DNA of 32,060 nucleotides. Source: an uncultured Acetobacteraceae bacterium. Its GTDB lineage: Bacteria > Pseudomonadota > Alphaproteobacteria > Acetobacterales > Acetobacteraceae. A program made the translations under genes and the position numbers. The notes beneath the pieces were generated by a model. The model had not been told where the DNA came from. It searched no databases and worked only from the letters and a program-made list of their open reading frames with translations. Location: assembly GCA_964252625.1 (NCBI GenBank), contig CAXUOA010000006.1, positions 1 to 32,060 on the forward strand, in the 5' to 3' direction. Positions 1-8,706 of the stretch are shown here, piece by piece. The first letter of the stretch is position 1, and each line of letters starts with the position of its first letter.

Positions 1-9
1 CGCTTGGGC

Positions 10-169
10 AAGCAAGCAAGGCCTTCTTTTTTGAAAAAAAGAAGCAAAAAACTTTTGCTTCCTGCGCCGGCTCGACTGCCTCGATCAATCCGGAGATGCC
101 CGACTGCTGCAAATGCGACGGGAAGCAAAAGTTTTTTGGTCCTCTTTTTCAAAAAAGGACTGCTTGCTT
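10..169. repeat. MITE-like interspersed repeat with ~50 bp imperfect AT-rich terminal inverted repeats (family A)
   Basis: Left arm 10-62 AAGCAAGCAAGGCCTTCTTTTTTGAAAAAAAGAAGCAAAAAACTTTTGCTTCC is a near reverse complement of right arm 121-169 GGAAGCAAAAGTTTTTTGGTCCTCTTTTTCAAAAAAGGACTGCTTGCTT. Decayed copies lie at ~8465-8568 and ~17401-17453. Confidence 0.85.
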
Positions 170-241
170 TTACTGCATCAGCCTCAAGACTGGTTGGTAT
201 TAGTTCTTCTTGAAGGCCTGCTTTTCGTTTTAGGATGTTCG

Positions 242-979
242 ATGTTCGACCTGACTGAACGCGTAGCCCTGGTGACGGGCGCCTCCGGCGGCATTGGCGC
301 GGCAATTGCGCGGGCGCTGCATAGGCAAGGGGCCACGGTGGTTCTGTCCGGCACGCGGGTGGCGGCGCTGGAGGAGCTGGCAACCGAGCTTGGCGCGCGC
401 GCGCATGTGTGTGCTGCCGATTTGCGCGAAGCGGGAGCGGCGGATGGGTTGATTGCGGCGGCTGAAGCGGCGGCGGGTCCGGTGGGGATCCTGGTGAACA
501 ATGCCGGCTTCACCAAGGACATGCTGGCGTTGCGCATGAAGGACGAGGACTGGGCGTCGGTGCTCGATGTGGATCTGGGGGCGCCGTTCCGGCTGTGCCG
601 GGCGGCGCTGCGGGGGATGCTGAAGCGGCGGGCCGGGCGGATCGTGCAGATATCGAGCGTGGTTGGCCATACCGGCAACCCTGGGCAGGTGAACTATGCG
701 GCGGCGAAGGCGGGGCTGGCCGGGATGAGCCGCGCGCTGGCGCAGGAGGTGGGCAGCCGCAAGGTGACGGTGAACCTGGTGGCGCCGGGGTTTGTGGAGA
801 CCGCGATGACGGCGGGTTTGCAGGAGGCGCAGAAGAGCCGGCTGGTGGAGGCCATACCGCTGGGGCGCATGGGCCGGCCAGACGATGTGGCGGCTGCCGT
901 GGTGTATCTGGCTTCCGACGAGGCCGGGTGGGTGACGGGAACCACGGTGCACGTGAACGGCGGGATGGCGATGCTGTGA
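242..979 (+). CDS. fabG: 3-oxoacyl-ACP reductase
   Basis: SDR motifs TGASGGIG, NNAG, YAAAK, HVNGG. ATG at 242 follows AGGA at 232-235. Lies upstream of acpP-fabF. Confidence 0.97.
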   Translation: MFDLTERVALVTGASGGIGAAIARALHRQGATVVLSGTRVAALEELATELGARAHVCAADLREAGAADGLIAAAEAAAGPVGILVNNAGFTKDMLALRMKDEDWASVLDVDLGAPFRLCRAALRGMLKRRAGRIVQISSVVGHTGNPGQVNYAAAKAGLAGMSRALAQEVGSRKVTVNLVAPGFVETAMTAGLQEAQKSRLVEAIPLGRMGRPDDVAAAVVYLASDEAGWVTGTTVHVNGGMAML

Positions 980-1156
980 GGCCTGTCATCATTCTGCCAT
1001 GATGCCGACTTCGAAGAACCTTGGGCGGCTTTGCGGGCCATAACAGACGTGCTAAGCGCGCTTCAACTGCGGCCGGCACTGCACCGGCGCGCGGCGTGAA
1101 GCCGTGTGTGGATTACGGCTTTGGATGAATTTCACGCAAACTGAGGGTTAGACACG

Positions 1157-1396
1157 ATGAGTGAAGTTGCCGACAAGGTTAAGAAGATCGTGGTCGAGCA
1201 CCTCGGCGTCGAGGAGAGCAAGGTGACCCCGGAGGCGTCGTTCATCGACGATCTGGGCGCGGACAGCCTGGATACGGTGGAGCTGGTGATGGCGTTCGAA
1301 GAGGCGTTCGGCGTGGAGATACCCGAGGATGCGGCCGAGAAGATCAGCACCGTGAAGGACGCGATCGACTACATCGAAAAGCAGAAAGCAGCCTGA
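1157..1396 (+). CDS. acpP: acyl carrier protein
   Basis: [18 protein letters not shown] phosphopantetheine site; 79 aa, acidic. Confidence 0.99.
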   Translation: MSEVADKVKKIVVEHLGVEESKVTPEASFIDDLGADSLDTVELVMAFEEAFGVEIPEDAAEKISTVKDAIDYIEKQKAA

Positions 1397-1405
1397 AGGT
1401 CAGAA

Positions 1406-2677
1406 ATGGGGTACGCGGACCGGCGTGTTGTCGTCACCGGCATGGGGATCGCCTCGCCTTTGGGCGTGGGCGTGGAGTATGTCTGGAAGCGCCTGATCGC
1501 AGGTGAGTCCGGGATAGGGGCGATACAGTCCTTCGACGTGACGGACCTGCCGGCCAAGATTGCCGGACAGGTGCCGGCCGGAACGCGAGCCGATGGCGGG
1601 CTGACGCTTGCCGAGTGGATCCCGGTGAAGGATCTAAAGAAGATGGACCGGTTCATCCATCTGGCGTTGGTGGCGGCGACCGAGGCGGTTGAGGATTCTG
1701 GCTGGCTGCCGGAGGACGAGCCCGGGCGGGAAGCGACGGGCGTGATGATCGGCTCGGGGATCGGCGGGCTGCAGACGATCTTCGAGGCGAGCAAGATGGT
1801 GCTGGAAGGCAAGGTTAAGCGGCTTTCGCCGTTCTTCATTCCTTCGGCGCTGATCAACCTGGCTTCCGGACACCTTTCCATAAAGTATGGGTACAAAGGG
1901 CCGAACCATTCGGCGGTGACAGCTTGTGCCACGGGCGTGCATGCGATCGGCGACGCGATGCGGCTGATCAAGCTGGGCGATGCCGACGTTATGGTGGCAG
2001 GCGGCGCGGAGGCTGCAGTTTGCGAGCTGGGGATCGGCGGGTTTGCCGCCAGCAGGGCGCTGTCCACCGCTTTCAACGACGAGCCGGCGCGGGCTTCCCG
2101 GCCTTGGGACCGTGACAGGGACGGGTTTGTCATGGGTGAGGGCGCGGGCGTTGTGGTGCTCGAGGAGCTGGAGCACGCGCGGACGCGAGGTGCCAAGGTA
2201 TACGGCGAGGTTGTGGGGTATGGCCTGTCGGGAGACGCGCATCACATAACGGCGCCGGCCGATGGGCATGCCGGGGCGTTCCGGGCGATGCGGGCTGCCT
2301 TCAAGAACGGCGGGCTAGCGCCAGGCGACGTGCAGTATGTGAACGCGCACGGCACGTCCACGCCGATGGGCGACGATCTGGAGCTGGAGGCGGTTGAGCG
2401 GTTCTTTGGCGACGACGCGCGCGGGTTGGCGATGTCGTCCACCAAGTCGGCGACCGGGCATCTGCTTGGGGCCGCGGGCGCGGTGGAGTCGATCTTTTCG
2501 TTGTTGGCGATACGCGATGGGGTGGTGCCGCCGACGTTGAACCTGGAGCAGCCGAGCCGGGAGAGCGTAATCGATCGGGTGCCGCTGGCGACGCAGGACC
2601 GCGTGGTGGATTGCGTGCTTTCCAACAGCTTCGGGTTTGGCGGCACGAACGCGAGTATCATTTTCCGGCGTGTGTAG
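1406..2677 (+). CDS. fabF: beta-ketoacyl-ACP synthase II
   Basis: RRVVVTGMG, VTACATG (catalytic Cys), NAHGTST, KSATGHLLGAAG, SNSFGFGGTN. Confidence 0.98.
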   Translation: MGYADRRVVVTGMGIASPLGVGVEYVWKRLIAGESGIGAIQSFDVTDLPAKIAGQVPAGTRADGGLTLAEWIPVKDLKKMDRFIHLALVAATEAVEDSGWLPEDEPGREATGVMIGSGIGGLQTIFEASKMVLEGKVKRLSPFFIPSALINLASGHLSIKYGYKGPNHSAVTACATGVHAIGDAMRLIKLGDADVMVAGGAEAAVCELGIGGFAASRALSTAFNDEPARASRPWDRDRDGFVMGEGAGVVVLEELEHARTRGAKVYGEVVGYGLSGDAHHITAPADGHAGAFRAMRAAFKNGGLAPGDVQYVNAHGTSTPMGDDLELEAVERFFGDDARGLAMSSTKSATGHLLGAAGAVESIFSLLAIRDGVVPPTLNLEQPSRESVIDRVPLATQDRVVDCVLSNSFGFGGTNASIIFRRV

Positions 2678-2822
2678 GAGCGGGTTGGGACATCCCGGCG
2701 AGACACCGCTTCGGCGAATCGTTGGTTGTTGCTGACGGGGAGACCTGCTTCGGGTGGCCCCGCGGCGGTCGAGGCGGCCTTGGTCCTTTTTCAGGAGGGA
2801 CTTTCTTTGATGCTGCCGGAAT

Positions 2823-3779
2823 TTGGTGCGTAAGCTTTTGTTCGTGGGCTTGGTGCTGGGGACGCTCGGCGCGGCCGTCGGCTTTGGCGTGCTGGGCAAC
2901 TACAGGCGTGCGGGCCCACTTCCGCACGCAAGCGATGTTGTTGTGCCGCGTGGGCCATTCGGGAACGTGGCGGCGACTTTGCGCCTGGCCGGGGTGGTTG
3001 AGCGTGTTTGGGCGCTTCGGGGGTTTGAGGCGGCGACCCGGTGGCAAGGGCCGGTGCATGCGGCTGAGCTTTCGTTCCCGGCCGGCGCCAGCATAGAGCG
3101 CGTGTTGCAGATTTTGCGCCACGGCCGGCCGGTGCAGCATCTGTTGACGGTGCCGGAAGGTGTGACATCCGCGCGTGTGGCACGGGTGTTGGCCGAGGCG
3201 CATGGGCTTTCGGGCGAGATTGTTGTGCCTGAAGAGGGCGGTTTCTTGCCGGAGAGCTACGCGTACCAGCTTGGCGACAGAGCAGGTGCAATGCTTGTTC
3301 GTGGTCGTACGGCGATGCAGGATTTTGCGGGACGCGCGTGGCGGGAACGTGCTGTGGGGCTACCCTTGCGTTCCGAGCACGAGCTTGTGGTTCTGGCCAG
3401 CCTGGTGGAGCGGGAGACGCATCTGCCTGACGAGCGTCCCAAGGTGGCGGCCGTGTTCTTAAACCGGCTGCGGGCGGGGATGCGGCTTCAGGCGGACCCG
3501 AGCGTGGCTTATGCGGCCGGTGGCGGTGCGGACGAGCTGGGGCATGGTTTGCGCCATGACGAGCTGGACTGGCTGACGCCTTACAACACGTATTTGCAGG
3601 CAGGTTTGCCTGGGGGACCGATTTGCGATCCCGGTGCGGCCGCTATGTTGGCGGCGGCGCATCCGGCTGCCACAGACGCGCTGTATTTTGTGGCGGACGG
3701 GTCGGGCGGGCATGTGTTTGCGCGGTCGCTCGAGGAGCATCGTTTGAACGTGGCGCGGTATCGAGCGCTGACGCGGTAG
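2823..3779 (+). CDS. mltG: endolytic transglycosylase MltG (YceG family)
   Basis: N-terminal TM, LTVPEG, LASLVERET, VFLNRL..GMRLQADP, PYNTY..GLP.GPI, LYFVADG.GGH.F. Canonical position after fabF. Start is TTG 2823 or GTG 2826. Confidence 0.95.
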   Translation: MVRKLLFVGLVLGTLGAAVGFGVLGNYRRAGPLPHASDVVVPRGPFGNVAATLRLAGVVERVWALRGFEAATRWQGPVHAAELSFPAGASIERVLQILRHGRPVQHLLTVPEGVTSARVARVLAEAHGLSGEIVVPEEGGFLPESYAYQLGDRAGAMLVRGRTAMQDFAGRAWRERAVGLPLRSEHELVVLASLVERETHLPDERPKVAAVFLNRLRAGMRLQADPSVAYAAGGGADELGHGLRHDELDWLTPYNTYLQAGLPGGPICDPGAAAMLAAAHPAATDALYFVADGSGGHVFARSLEEHRLNVARYRALTR

Positions 3780-3815
3780 CGTGGGGGTTGGACAGGCGGC
3801 GGTTGATCAGGCTGC

Positions 3816-4121
3816 CAAGGAAGTCCAGGGGGGTCCTGCGCAATACGCTGTCGCGTGACAGCCCTGGACCCCGCTCGAGATAGTCGTCTTCAGTGACCGT
3901 CTAAAATGCGCTCTGGCGGCCGTCTGACGGCACTCTTTGCGCTCCGATGCTTGTGGCCATTGAAGGCCATTGCGTCCGGTGTTCCAAAATCACCGCCAGC
4001 TGACACACGAGAGCCAGTTTTGAAACGGACACTTAGAACCTGTCTATCAGCAGTCCTGCTGGATGGGGGTCTGGAGCCGCGAGGTCCCCGGCTGGTTTGG
4101 GGCAGAGCCTCAACCTTGCCT
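3816..4121. repeat. composite of interspersed repeats (family B pieces interrupted by a family C inverted-repeat element)
   Basis: CCCTGGACCCCGCT..G.ATAGTCG at 3862-3886 matches the window end (CCCTGGACCCCGCTAAGGACAGTCG). GGGGCAGAGCC near 4100-4110 is the reverse complement of GGCTCTGCCCC at ~32028. An inner imperfect inverted repeat lies at 3892-3914 / 4010-4033. Confidence 0.65.
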
Positions 4122-4329
4122 AGTCATGGCCCGCGGTACCGTGCCTGGAAGGTGGTCTTTTGAATTGAGCGCCAGGCATGGGCACTCGGCGGACGCAGAG
4201 ATGTTTGTCTACGATAAAGGCTGGCTTGTTTGACAGCCAGAAAGCAGGGCCAGTGGGTGCTGACGTGTCGCCCTAGGTAGAAGCACGATATGCTTGTTGT
4301 CGTTTTTTGGTGGAGGAGCAATGCGCAAG

Positions 4330-4365
4330 AGAAAGGGGGCTAGTCTTTCGACTAGCCCCCTTTCT
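4330..4365 (-). terminator. intrinsic terminator of the RTX/S-layer-like gene
   Basis: Perfect 16-bp stem AGAAAGGGGGCTAGTC / GACTAGCCCCCTTTCT with a GAAA loop on the minus strand, 13 nt after the stop codon, ending in a U-rich tract. Confidence 0.9.
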
Positions 4366-4378
4366 GGATTGGGGTTTG

Positions 4379-5764
4379 TTAGGAGCCGCTGCCCGGGGTG
4401 TGCAGTTGGCTAATGCTGTTGAGGCCGACGAAGGTAACAGTTGTGTTGTCGGACAGGGTGACGGTGAGGCCGGTGGCGTTGACGGTGGCAGCCGCGAGAT
4501 CTGCCTTGGTCTCGGAAGCTGTCTGCCCGAGGAAGCTGACGGAGTCGTTGCCAGAGGCGAAGTCGAAGATGGTGATGTGCGCGGTCGAGCCACCGTCGGC
4601 GATGCCGAAGATGTTGGTGCCCGTGCCGCCCATTATGGACTCGCTGCCGCCGGTGGTGTCCGAACCACTCATGACGGTGGAGGCATTGCCGCCGGTGACG
4701 AAGTAGTTGAAGCCGGTCTTGCTGCCGACGAGGGTTTCGGAGGAGGAGGTGTAAGAAGACCCGTAGAAATTCACGCGGCCATCGGCATTGACAGCGTTCA
4801 GCGTCTCATTGCCGGCTCCGGCAAGGAAGCTGCTGACGCTGCCGGACGTGTCACCGGCGAAGGTGAGGCTGTCACCAGAGGCGCCGAAGATGAACGACGA
4901 GCCGCCGCCACCATAGATGGAGTCAGCGAGGACGCTGGACGTGCCGGGCACGGTAGAGTCGGACGCTGCCGGTGTACCGCCGACAAAGCGCAGGACACCC
5001 GCGCCGCCGAAAATGCTGTTGCCGCCCACAGAGTCGAACACCGTTGTGGTGCCGGCACCGGCGGTGATGACGTCACCTGCAGCGCCCGAAGACGTGGTAT
5101 TGTCTTCGATGGCGATGTTCAGGGTGCTGCTGCTGTCCGTGCCGCCGAAGATGGTCTGGCCGTTAGTGGCGGCTACAACATCATCGAAGAGGCCGTTCGC
5201 GACGACGGTGGCATGACCATCACCAAGATAGGCCAGACCGCCCGCTGTGGAGGCGCTGCCAACCGAATCGTTCAGGGTGACGAGCGCACTGCCGGCGCCG
5301 CTGAAGACGGTGCTGAAGCCCGTGCCGGTGTTGATGGAATCTGAGCCGGCACCGCCGGTGATGGTGTCATCGGTTGCAGCGCCGCCGTTGTAGACGTTTG
5401 CGCCGTCCACGAAGGTGACCTGGTTGCCATTGCCTACGGCATCGTAGGTGGTGGCACCAGTGCCGAGAACAGTGTCGCCACCAGCGGTGGAGCCGGTGAC
5501 CGTCGTGGAGATGCCGACATCGACCAGCGTGCTCTGGCCACCGTTAAGAAGGGCGTATCCGGTGGTGCTCGAGTTCGAGAATATTTCGTTCAGTACATTC
5601 GAACCGGCGGTTGGCGCCGCGCCGGCGTTCGAGAGAACATTGACGGTATCGGTGCCAACGGCTTTCTCAAACGCTTTTGCATAGTTCGATGCGCTGCTGC
5701 CGGTGACCTTGAACACGAGGGGAGCCGCACCGGACGCGCCGGGAACTGTGATTGTTACTGCCAT
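4379..5764 (-). CDS. Gly/Ser/Thr-rich beta-roll surface protein (RTX-like calcium-binding or S-layer-like), probable T1SS substrate
   Basis: 461 aa, no Sec signal, no Cys or Trp seen. GGAGSDSIN and AGAGNETLN are RTX-like nonamers. C-terminal ITIFDFASGNDSV..LTVTLSDNTTVTFVG resembles T1SS substrate ends. Has its own strong terminator. Confidence 0.75.
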   Translation of the reverse strand: MAVTITVPGASGAAPLVFKVTGSSASNYAKAFEKAVGTDTVNVLSNAGAAPTAGSNVLNEIFSNSSTTGYALLNGGQSTLVDVGISTTVTGSTAGGDTVLGTGATTYDAVGNGNQVTFVDGANVYNGGAATDDTITGGAGSDSINTGTGFSTVFSGAGSALVTLNDSVGSASTAGGLAYLGDGHATVVANGLFDDVVAATNGQTIFGGTDSSSTLNIAIEDNTTSSGAAGDVITAGAGTTTVFDSVGGNSIFGGAGVLRFVGGTPAASDSTVPGTSSVLADSIYGGGGSSFIFGASGDSLTFAGDTSGSVSSFLAGAGNETLNAVNADGRVNFYGSSYTSSSETLVGSKTGFNYFVTGGNASTVMSGSDTTGGSESIMGGTGTNIFGIADGGSTAHITIFDFASGNDSVSFLGQTASETKADLAAATVNATGLTVTLSDNTTVTFVGLNSISQLHTPGSGS

Positions 5765-6046
5765 GGTTTAAGCCTACCCCACCGTTAAAGTCAGTACCTG
5801 ATGCTGCGCTGCGAGCAGCCTCTCATCTCACGACACGTCTATCAAACGACCACTGGAACAACAACAACGAAATACCTGGCGGTGCATGATTTTTTGCTCT
5901 GCTCCCAACAATGATTGATCGGCGTTACCCAATTCACGCAAAGGTTGTATTGCGCCCCGTGTAGAGGAGAGACAGCAGTTGCGGTGTGTCTTGTCAGCAA
6001 CGTCTTACAAAAAAGATTCCGCCGATGCTATTTGTCGTGCAACAAG

Positions 6047-6691
6047 ATGACAAATACCTTGACGGGGGAGCGCAGGGGCGTCTGCCTGGTCATTTCGGCC
6101 CCGTCGGGTGCCGGCAAGAGCTCGATAGTGCACGGTCTTCTGGCGGCCGATCCCGGCGTTACGGCGTCGGTGAGCGTGACCACACGTGCCCGGCGTGGGA
6201 GCGAGGCAGAGGGCAAGGATTATTATTTCACCGACATGGCGAAGTACTTGGCCATGGTGGCGGCGGATGCGTTGTTGGAGCATGCGCTGGTTTTCGGCCG
6301 CGGCTATGGCACGCCACGCGCGCCTGTCGAGGCCTGTCTGGCTGCCGGGCGGGACGTGGTGCTGGACATCGACTGGCAAGGCTGGCGGCAGTTGCGGGCG
6401 GCGTTGCCCGGCGACGTGGTTGGGGTGTTCATTCTTCCGCCCTCGTTGGCTACGCTGGAAGCCAGACTGCGTGACCGTGGCAGCGACGGCGTGACCGAGG
6501 TGGCGCGGCGCATGGCGGCGGCGCGCGCCGAAATTGCGCACTGGGACGAGTTCGATCATGTGCTGGTCAATGACGACCTGCTGGCTTGTACAGCGGCGGT
6601 CTCTTCTATATTAGTGGCGGCGCGCTGCACGCTGGCGCGCAGCACCGGCGTGACCCGGCTTGCGTGCACCCTGGCCGGGGGTGGCGCCTGA
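6047..6691 (+). CDS. gmk: guanylate kinase
   Basis: P-loop SAPSGAGKSS, SVSVTTRARR..E.EGKDYYF, YGTP, VLDIDWQG, FILPPS..LE.RL, FDHVLVNDDL. Start is ATG 6047 or TTG 6059. Confidence 0.97.
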   Translation: MTNTLTGERRGVCLVISAPSGAGKSSIVHGLLAADPGVTASVSVTTRARRGSEAEGKDYYFTDMAKYLAMVAADALLEHALVFGRGYGTPRAPVEACLAAGRDVVLDIDWQGWRQLRAALPGDVVGVFILPPSLATLEARLRDRGSDGVTEVARRMAAARAEIAHWDEFDHVLVNDDLLACTAAVSSILVAARCTLARSTGVTRLACTLAGGGA

Positions 6692-6704
6692 GCGACCGTC
6701 CGGG

Positions 6705-7034
6705 TCAGACGTGACGGGCGAGCTTGTGGGCGGTGCGAAGCAGGAAGGCGCGGTCTTCGGGATCGCAGCAGCGATAGAGGCGGAGCATCGCCAGCTCGTC
6801 ACCTGTTGCCGGCTCTGTGGGGCTGGCACCTTGTAGCAAGTGTTCGATGGATGCGTCGAGCGCCTCGGCAATACGGGTGATGTTGCCGCGAAGCTGGCCG
6901 GCGCGGTCTGTCTCCCACTGGGCGACGGCACTGCGGCTTACGCCGCAGGCGGCTGCGAGGTCATCCTGGGTGAGGCCGCGGGCGCGTCGGAGGGCGCGGA
7001 TACGGGCGCCGACGCTGTGTGTTTCATCCTGCAT
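6705..7034 (-). CDS. XRE-family HTH repressor (CI-like position)
   Basis: GARIRALRRARGLTQDDLAAACGVSRSAVAQWETDR is an HTH_3 signature. No C-terminal S24 peptidase domain. Converges on gmk with a 13-bp gap. Confidence 0.92.
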   Translation of the reverse strand: MQDETHSVGARIRALRRARGLTQDDLAAACGVSRSAVAQWETDRAGQLRGNITRIAEALDASIEHLLQGASPTEPATGDELAMLRLYRCCDPEDRAFLLRTAHKLARHV

Positions 7035-7135
7035 GCCCGGCAGAGTACGCTAGAGCTACTAACAAATCCAGTTGCTGCTGTTGACAATGTCGTGTCAGTT
7101 CTTCTAACGTCGCTGTTAGCGATGGGGAGGGTGAC
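7035..7135. promoter_or_regulatory. divergent promoter/operator region
   Basis: Perfect TTGACA at 7081-7086. Palindromes TGACA-N6-TGTCA (7082-7097) and CTAAC-N6-GTTAG (7104-7119), plus an extra CTAACA at 7059. RBS GGGGAGG at 7124-7130. Confidence 0.6.
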
Positions 7136-7426
7136 GTGCGGGCACATGTGCATTGGACGCAGGAGTTGGACGAGCGGTTGAAGGCGCTGCGGGAAGCCGG
7201 CGTTACGTGGGACGGGATTGCCGCGGCGATGGGGCTTGGCCGGAACACCGTGCTCGAGCGCGGGCGCAAGATCGGTGCACGGCGGCTGCGTGCGCGTCCG
7301 GTGCCGGCGGTGGAAGAGGCGCGCGACCGGCCGGCCAGGCAGGCCGGGCATCCGGCGACGTGGGGCTTGCTTACGGCCGGCACGCTGCTCGATGGCGAAG
7401 CCTACCCCTATCCCGTCTTTCTTTAG
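7136..7426 (+). CDS. small HTH protein with GcrA-like N-terminus (Cro-like position)
   Basis: WTQELDERLKALREAGVTWDGIAAAMGLGRNTVLERGRKIG resembles the GcrA N-terminal HTH (WT.ER...L..L...G.S...IA..LG..RN.V). Strong RBS, GTG start. Confidence 0.7.
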   Translation: MRAHVHWTQELDERLKALREAGVTWDGIAAAMGLGRNTVLERGRKIGARRLRARPVPAVEEARDRPARQAGHPATWGLLTAGTLLDGEAYPYPVFL

Positions 7427-7435
7427 GAACAAACA

Positions 7436-7927
7436 ATGAACGCATTCGATTTCGCCGCAGAAGGTTTGATGGATGAGGTGCGGCCCGAGCGGGAGCGGGA
7501 GGTGGATTCCGCCTATATCCAGTACCGACTGGAAGAGGCCGGTGCGACGCTGCTGGCGTTGCCCGGGACGGGATACTCGACGCGGTTGAAGGTGAGTCAC
7601 CTGGACGTGGTGCAGGAGGCTTGCGAGGTGCTGGGCGGCGTGTCCGGCTCCGGACAGATCCGGCCGCCCATCCCCTCGGCTTCGCGGATCACGCGCATGG
7701 ACGAGGCGCTGGGTTGGATTGCGCTGATCCCGCGCGAGCGCTACGTGCTTCGCCGCATCGTGGGCGCGCGCTGCCTGGTGAGCCCGGTGACGGAGCGGCA
7801 CTTGTTCTCCTGGCGGCGTCTGGGCGGGGTGATGGGTGCGGACCACAAGGCGGTGCAGCGTTGGCATGCGCAAGGCATCGACATGCTGGTAGCGGCGGTG
7901 GGTGCGTTGCGACGGAACGGGGTGTAG
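7436..7927 (+). CDS. DUF6362-like phage protein, putative late-gene activator or antiterminator
   Basis: RLEEAGATLLALP...PSASRITRMDEALGWI.LI...RRIVGAR...SWRRLG...GADHKAVQRW..GI pattern recognised from alphaproteobacterial prophage DUF6362 proteins. C-terminal HTH-like segment. Sits before the late operon. Confidence 0.65.
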   Translation: MNAFDFAAEGLMDEVRPEREREVDSAYIQYRLEEAGATLLALPGTGYSTRLKVSHLDVVQEACEVLGGVSGSGQIRPPIPSASRITRMDEALGWIALIPRERYVLRRIVGARCLVSPVTERHLFSWRRLGGVMGADHKAVQRWHAQGIDMLVAAVGALRRNGV

Positions 7928-7952
7928 GCGGCGGGATCCGTGTGCTCCTGCC

Positions 7953-8303
7953 TTAATCCCCAGTCTGGCTGAGTGAAAGCGTGTAGCGGCAGCGCGGTGT
8001 GGCCAGAGTGCCTTCTATCCGCCTGCCGGTGAGTTGGCCGTTGAAGGTGATCGGATAGGGTTTTTTGTCTATGCCGGGCAGCGTGGTGCTGGCGGAGAGG
8101 CTTGTCCCGTTGATCGCGCCGGTCAGGTTGAGGGTGCCGTCGGCGGGGGTGACTGTGATGGCATTGCCGCGCCGGGTCAGGGTGGCGCGGGTTTCCGGGT
8201 CACAGGCGCCGGCGATCGGGCGTTGTGGCCCGGTAAAGATACGGGTCTGCTGCATGCCTGTGCAGGCGGTGAGCGGGACCAGGCATAACAACAGAGCGCG
8301 CAT
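7953..8303 (-). CDS. small lipoprotein
   Basis: MRALLLCLVPLTA-C lipobox; beta-rich 116 aa with two further Cys. Confidence 0.75.
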   Translation of the reverse strand: MRALLLCLVPLTACTGMQQTRIFTGPQRPIAGACDPETRATLTRRGNAITVTPADGTLNLTGAINGTSLSASTTLPGIDKKPYPITFNGQLTGRRIEGTLATPRCRYTLSLSQTGD

Positions 8304-8464
8304 ACGGGACGTCTAGCAGTATCCGCACTGCAAGGCGGGACTGTTTTTTGGCCGGCGACCGCTTTGCCGAGTGGCGGCCTGGGCTGTCCGCCGCTTTGCG
8401 CAGATCCGCGGACAGGCACGTTTATGTCTGCCGTGTCGCGCATTACCAACCGGGCGGAGGGCTA

Positions 8465-8568
8465 GCGGTCCTTTTGGAAAGAAAGAGAAGATTCTCTACC
8501 GATTATGTGCCGCTTCATTCGTTGGCGACAGCGCTCGCAAAAGCTTCTTGCTTTCGAGAAAGAAGGCC
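8465..8568. repeat. degenerate family A repeat
   Basis: GCGGTCCTTTTGGAAAGAAAGA...GCAAAAGCTTCTTGCTT..AGAAAGAAGGCC resembles both arms of 10-169. Confidence 0.55.
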
Positions 8569-8676
8569 ATCCGTTTTGTCACGAGCGTCAGGCCAGAAAG
8601 ACCTCATTACGGCGAGCGAGATCGATCTGCTTCTCGATCTGTTCAATTCTTTTCTATGCCAGAGCGATTTTTTTCA

Positions 8677-8706
8677 TTGCCCAGGAACCCCAACTTTCTA
8701 TATATT
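8677..8706 (+). promoter_or_regulatory. candidate sigma70-type late promoter
   Basis: TTGCCC (8677-8682), then TATATA at 16 nt spacing or TATATT at 18 nt. AT-rich context ~140 bp upstream of the first structural gene. Confidence 0.5.

Noticed and set aside
4-241. ORF 4..213 and the N-terminal extension of fabG from 113
   Set aside because: Both are translations of the inverted repeat; the real fabG start is ATG 242.
2823-3779. MltG as the missing endolysin
   Set aside because: It is a housekeeping gene in its usual fabF-adjacent position, outside the cluster.
4307-5344. 345-aa plus-strand ORF
   Set aside because: Antisense shadow of the codon-biased RTX-like gene, and it runs through that gene's terminator.
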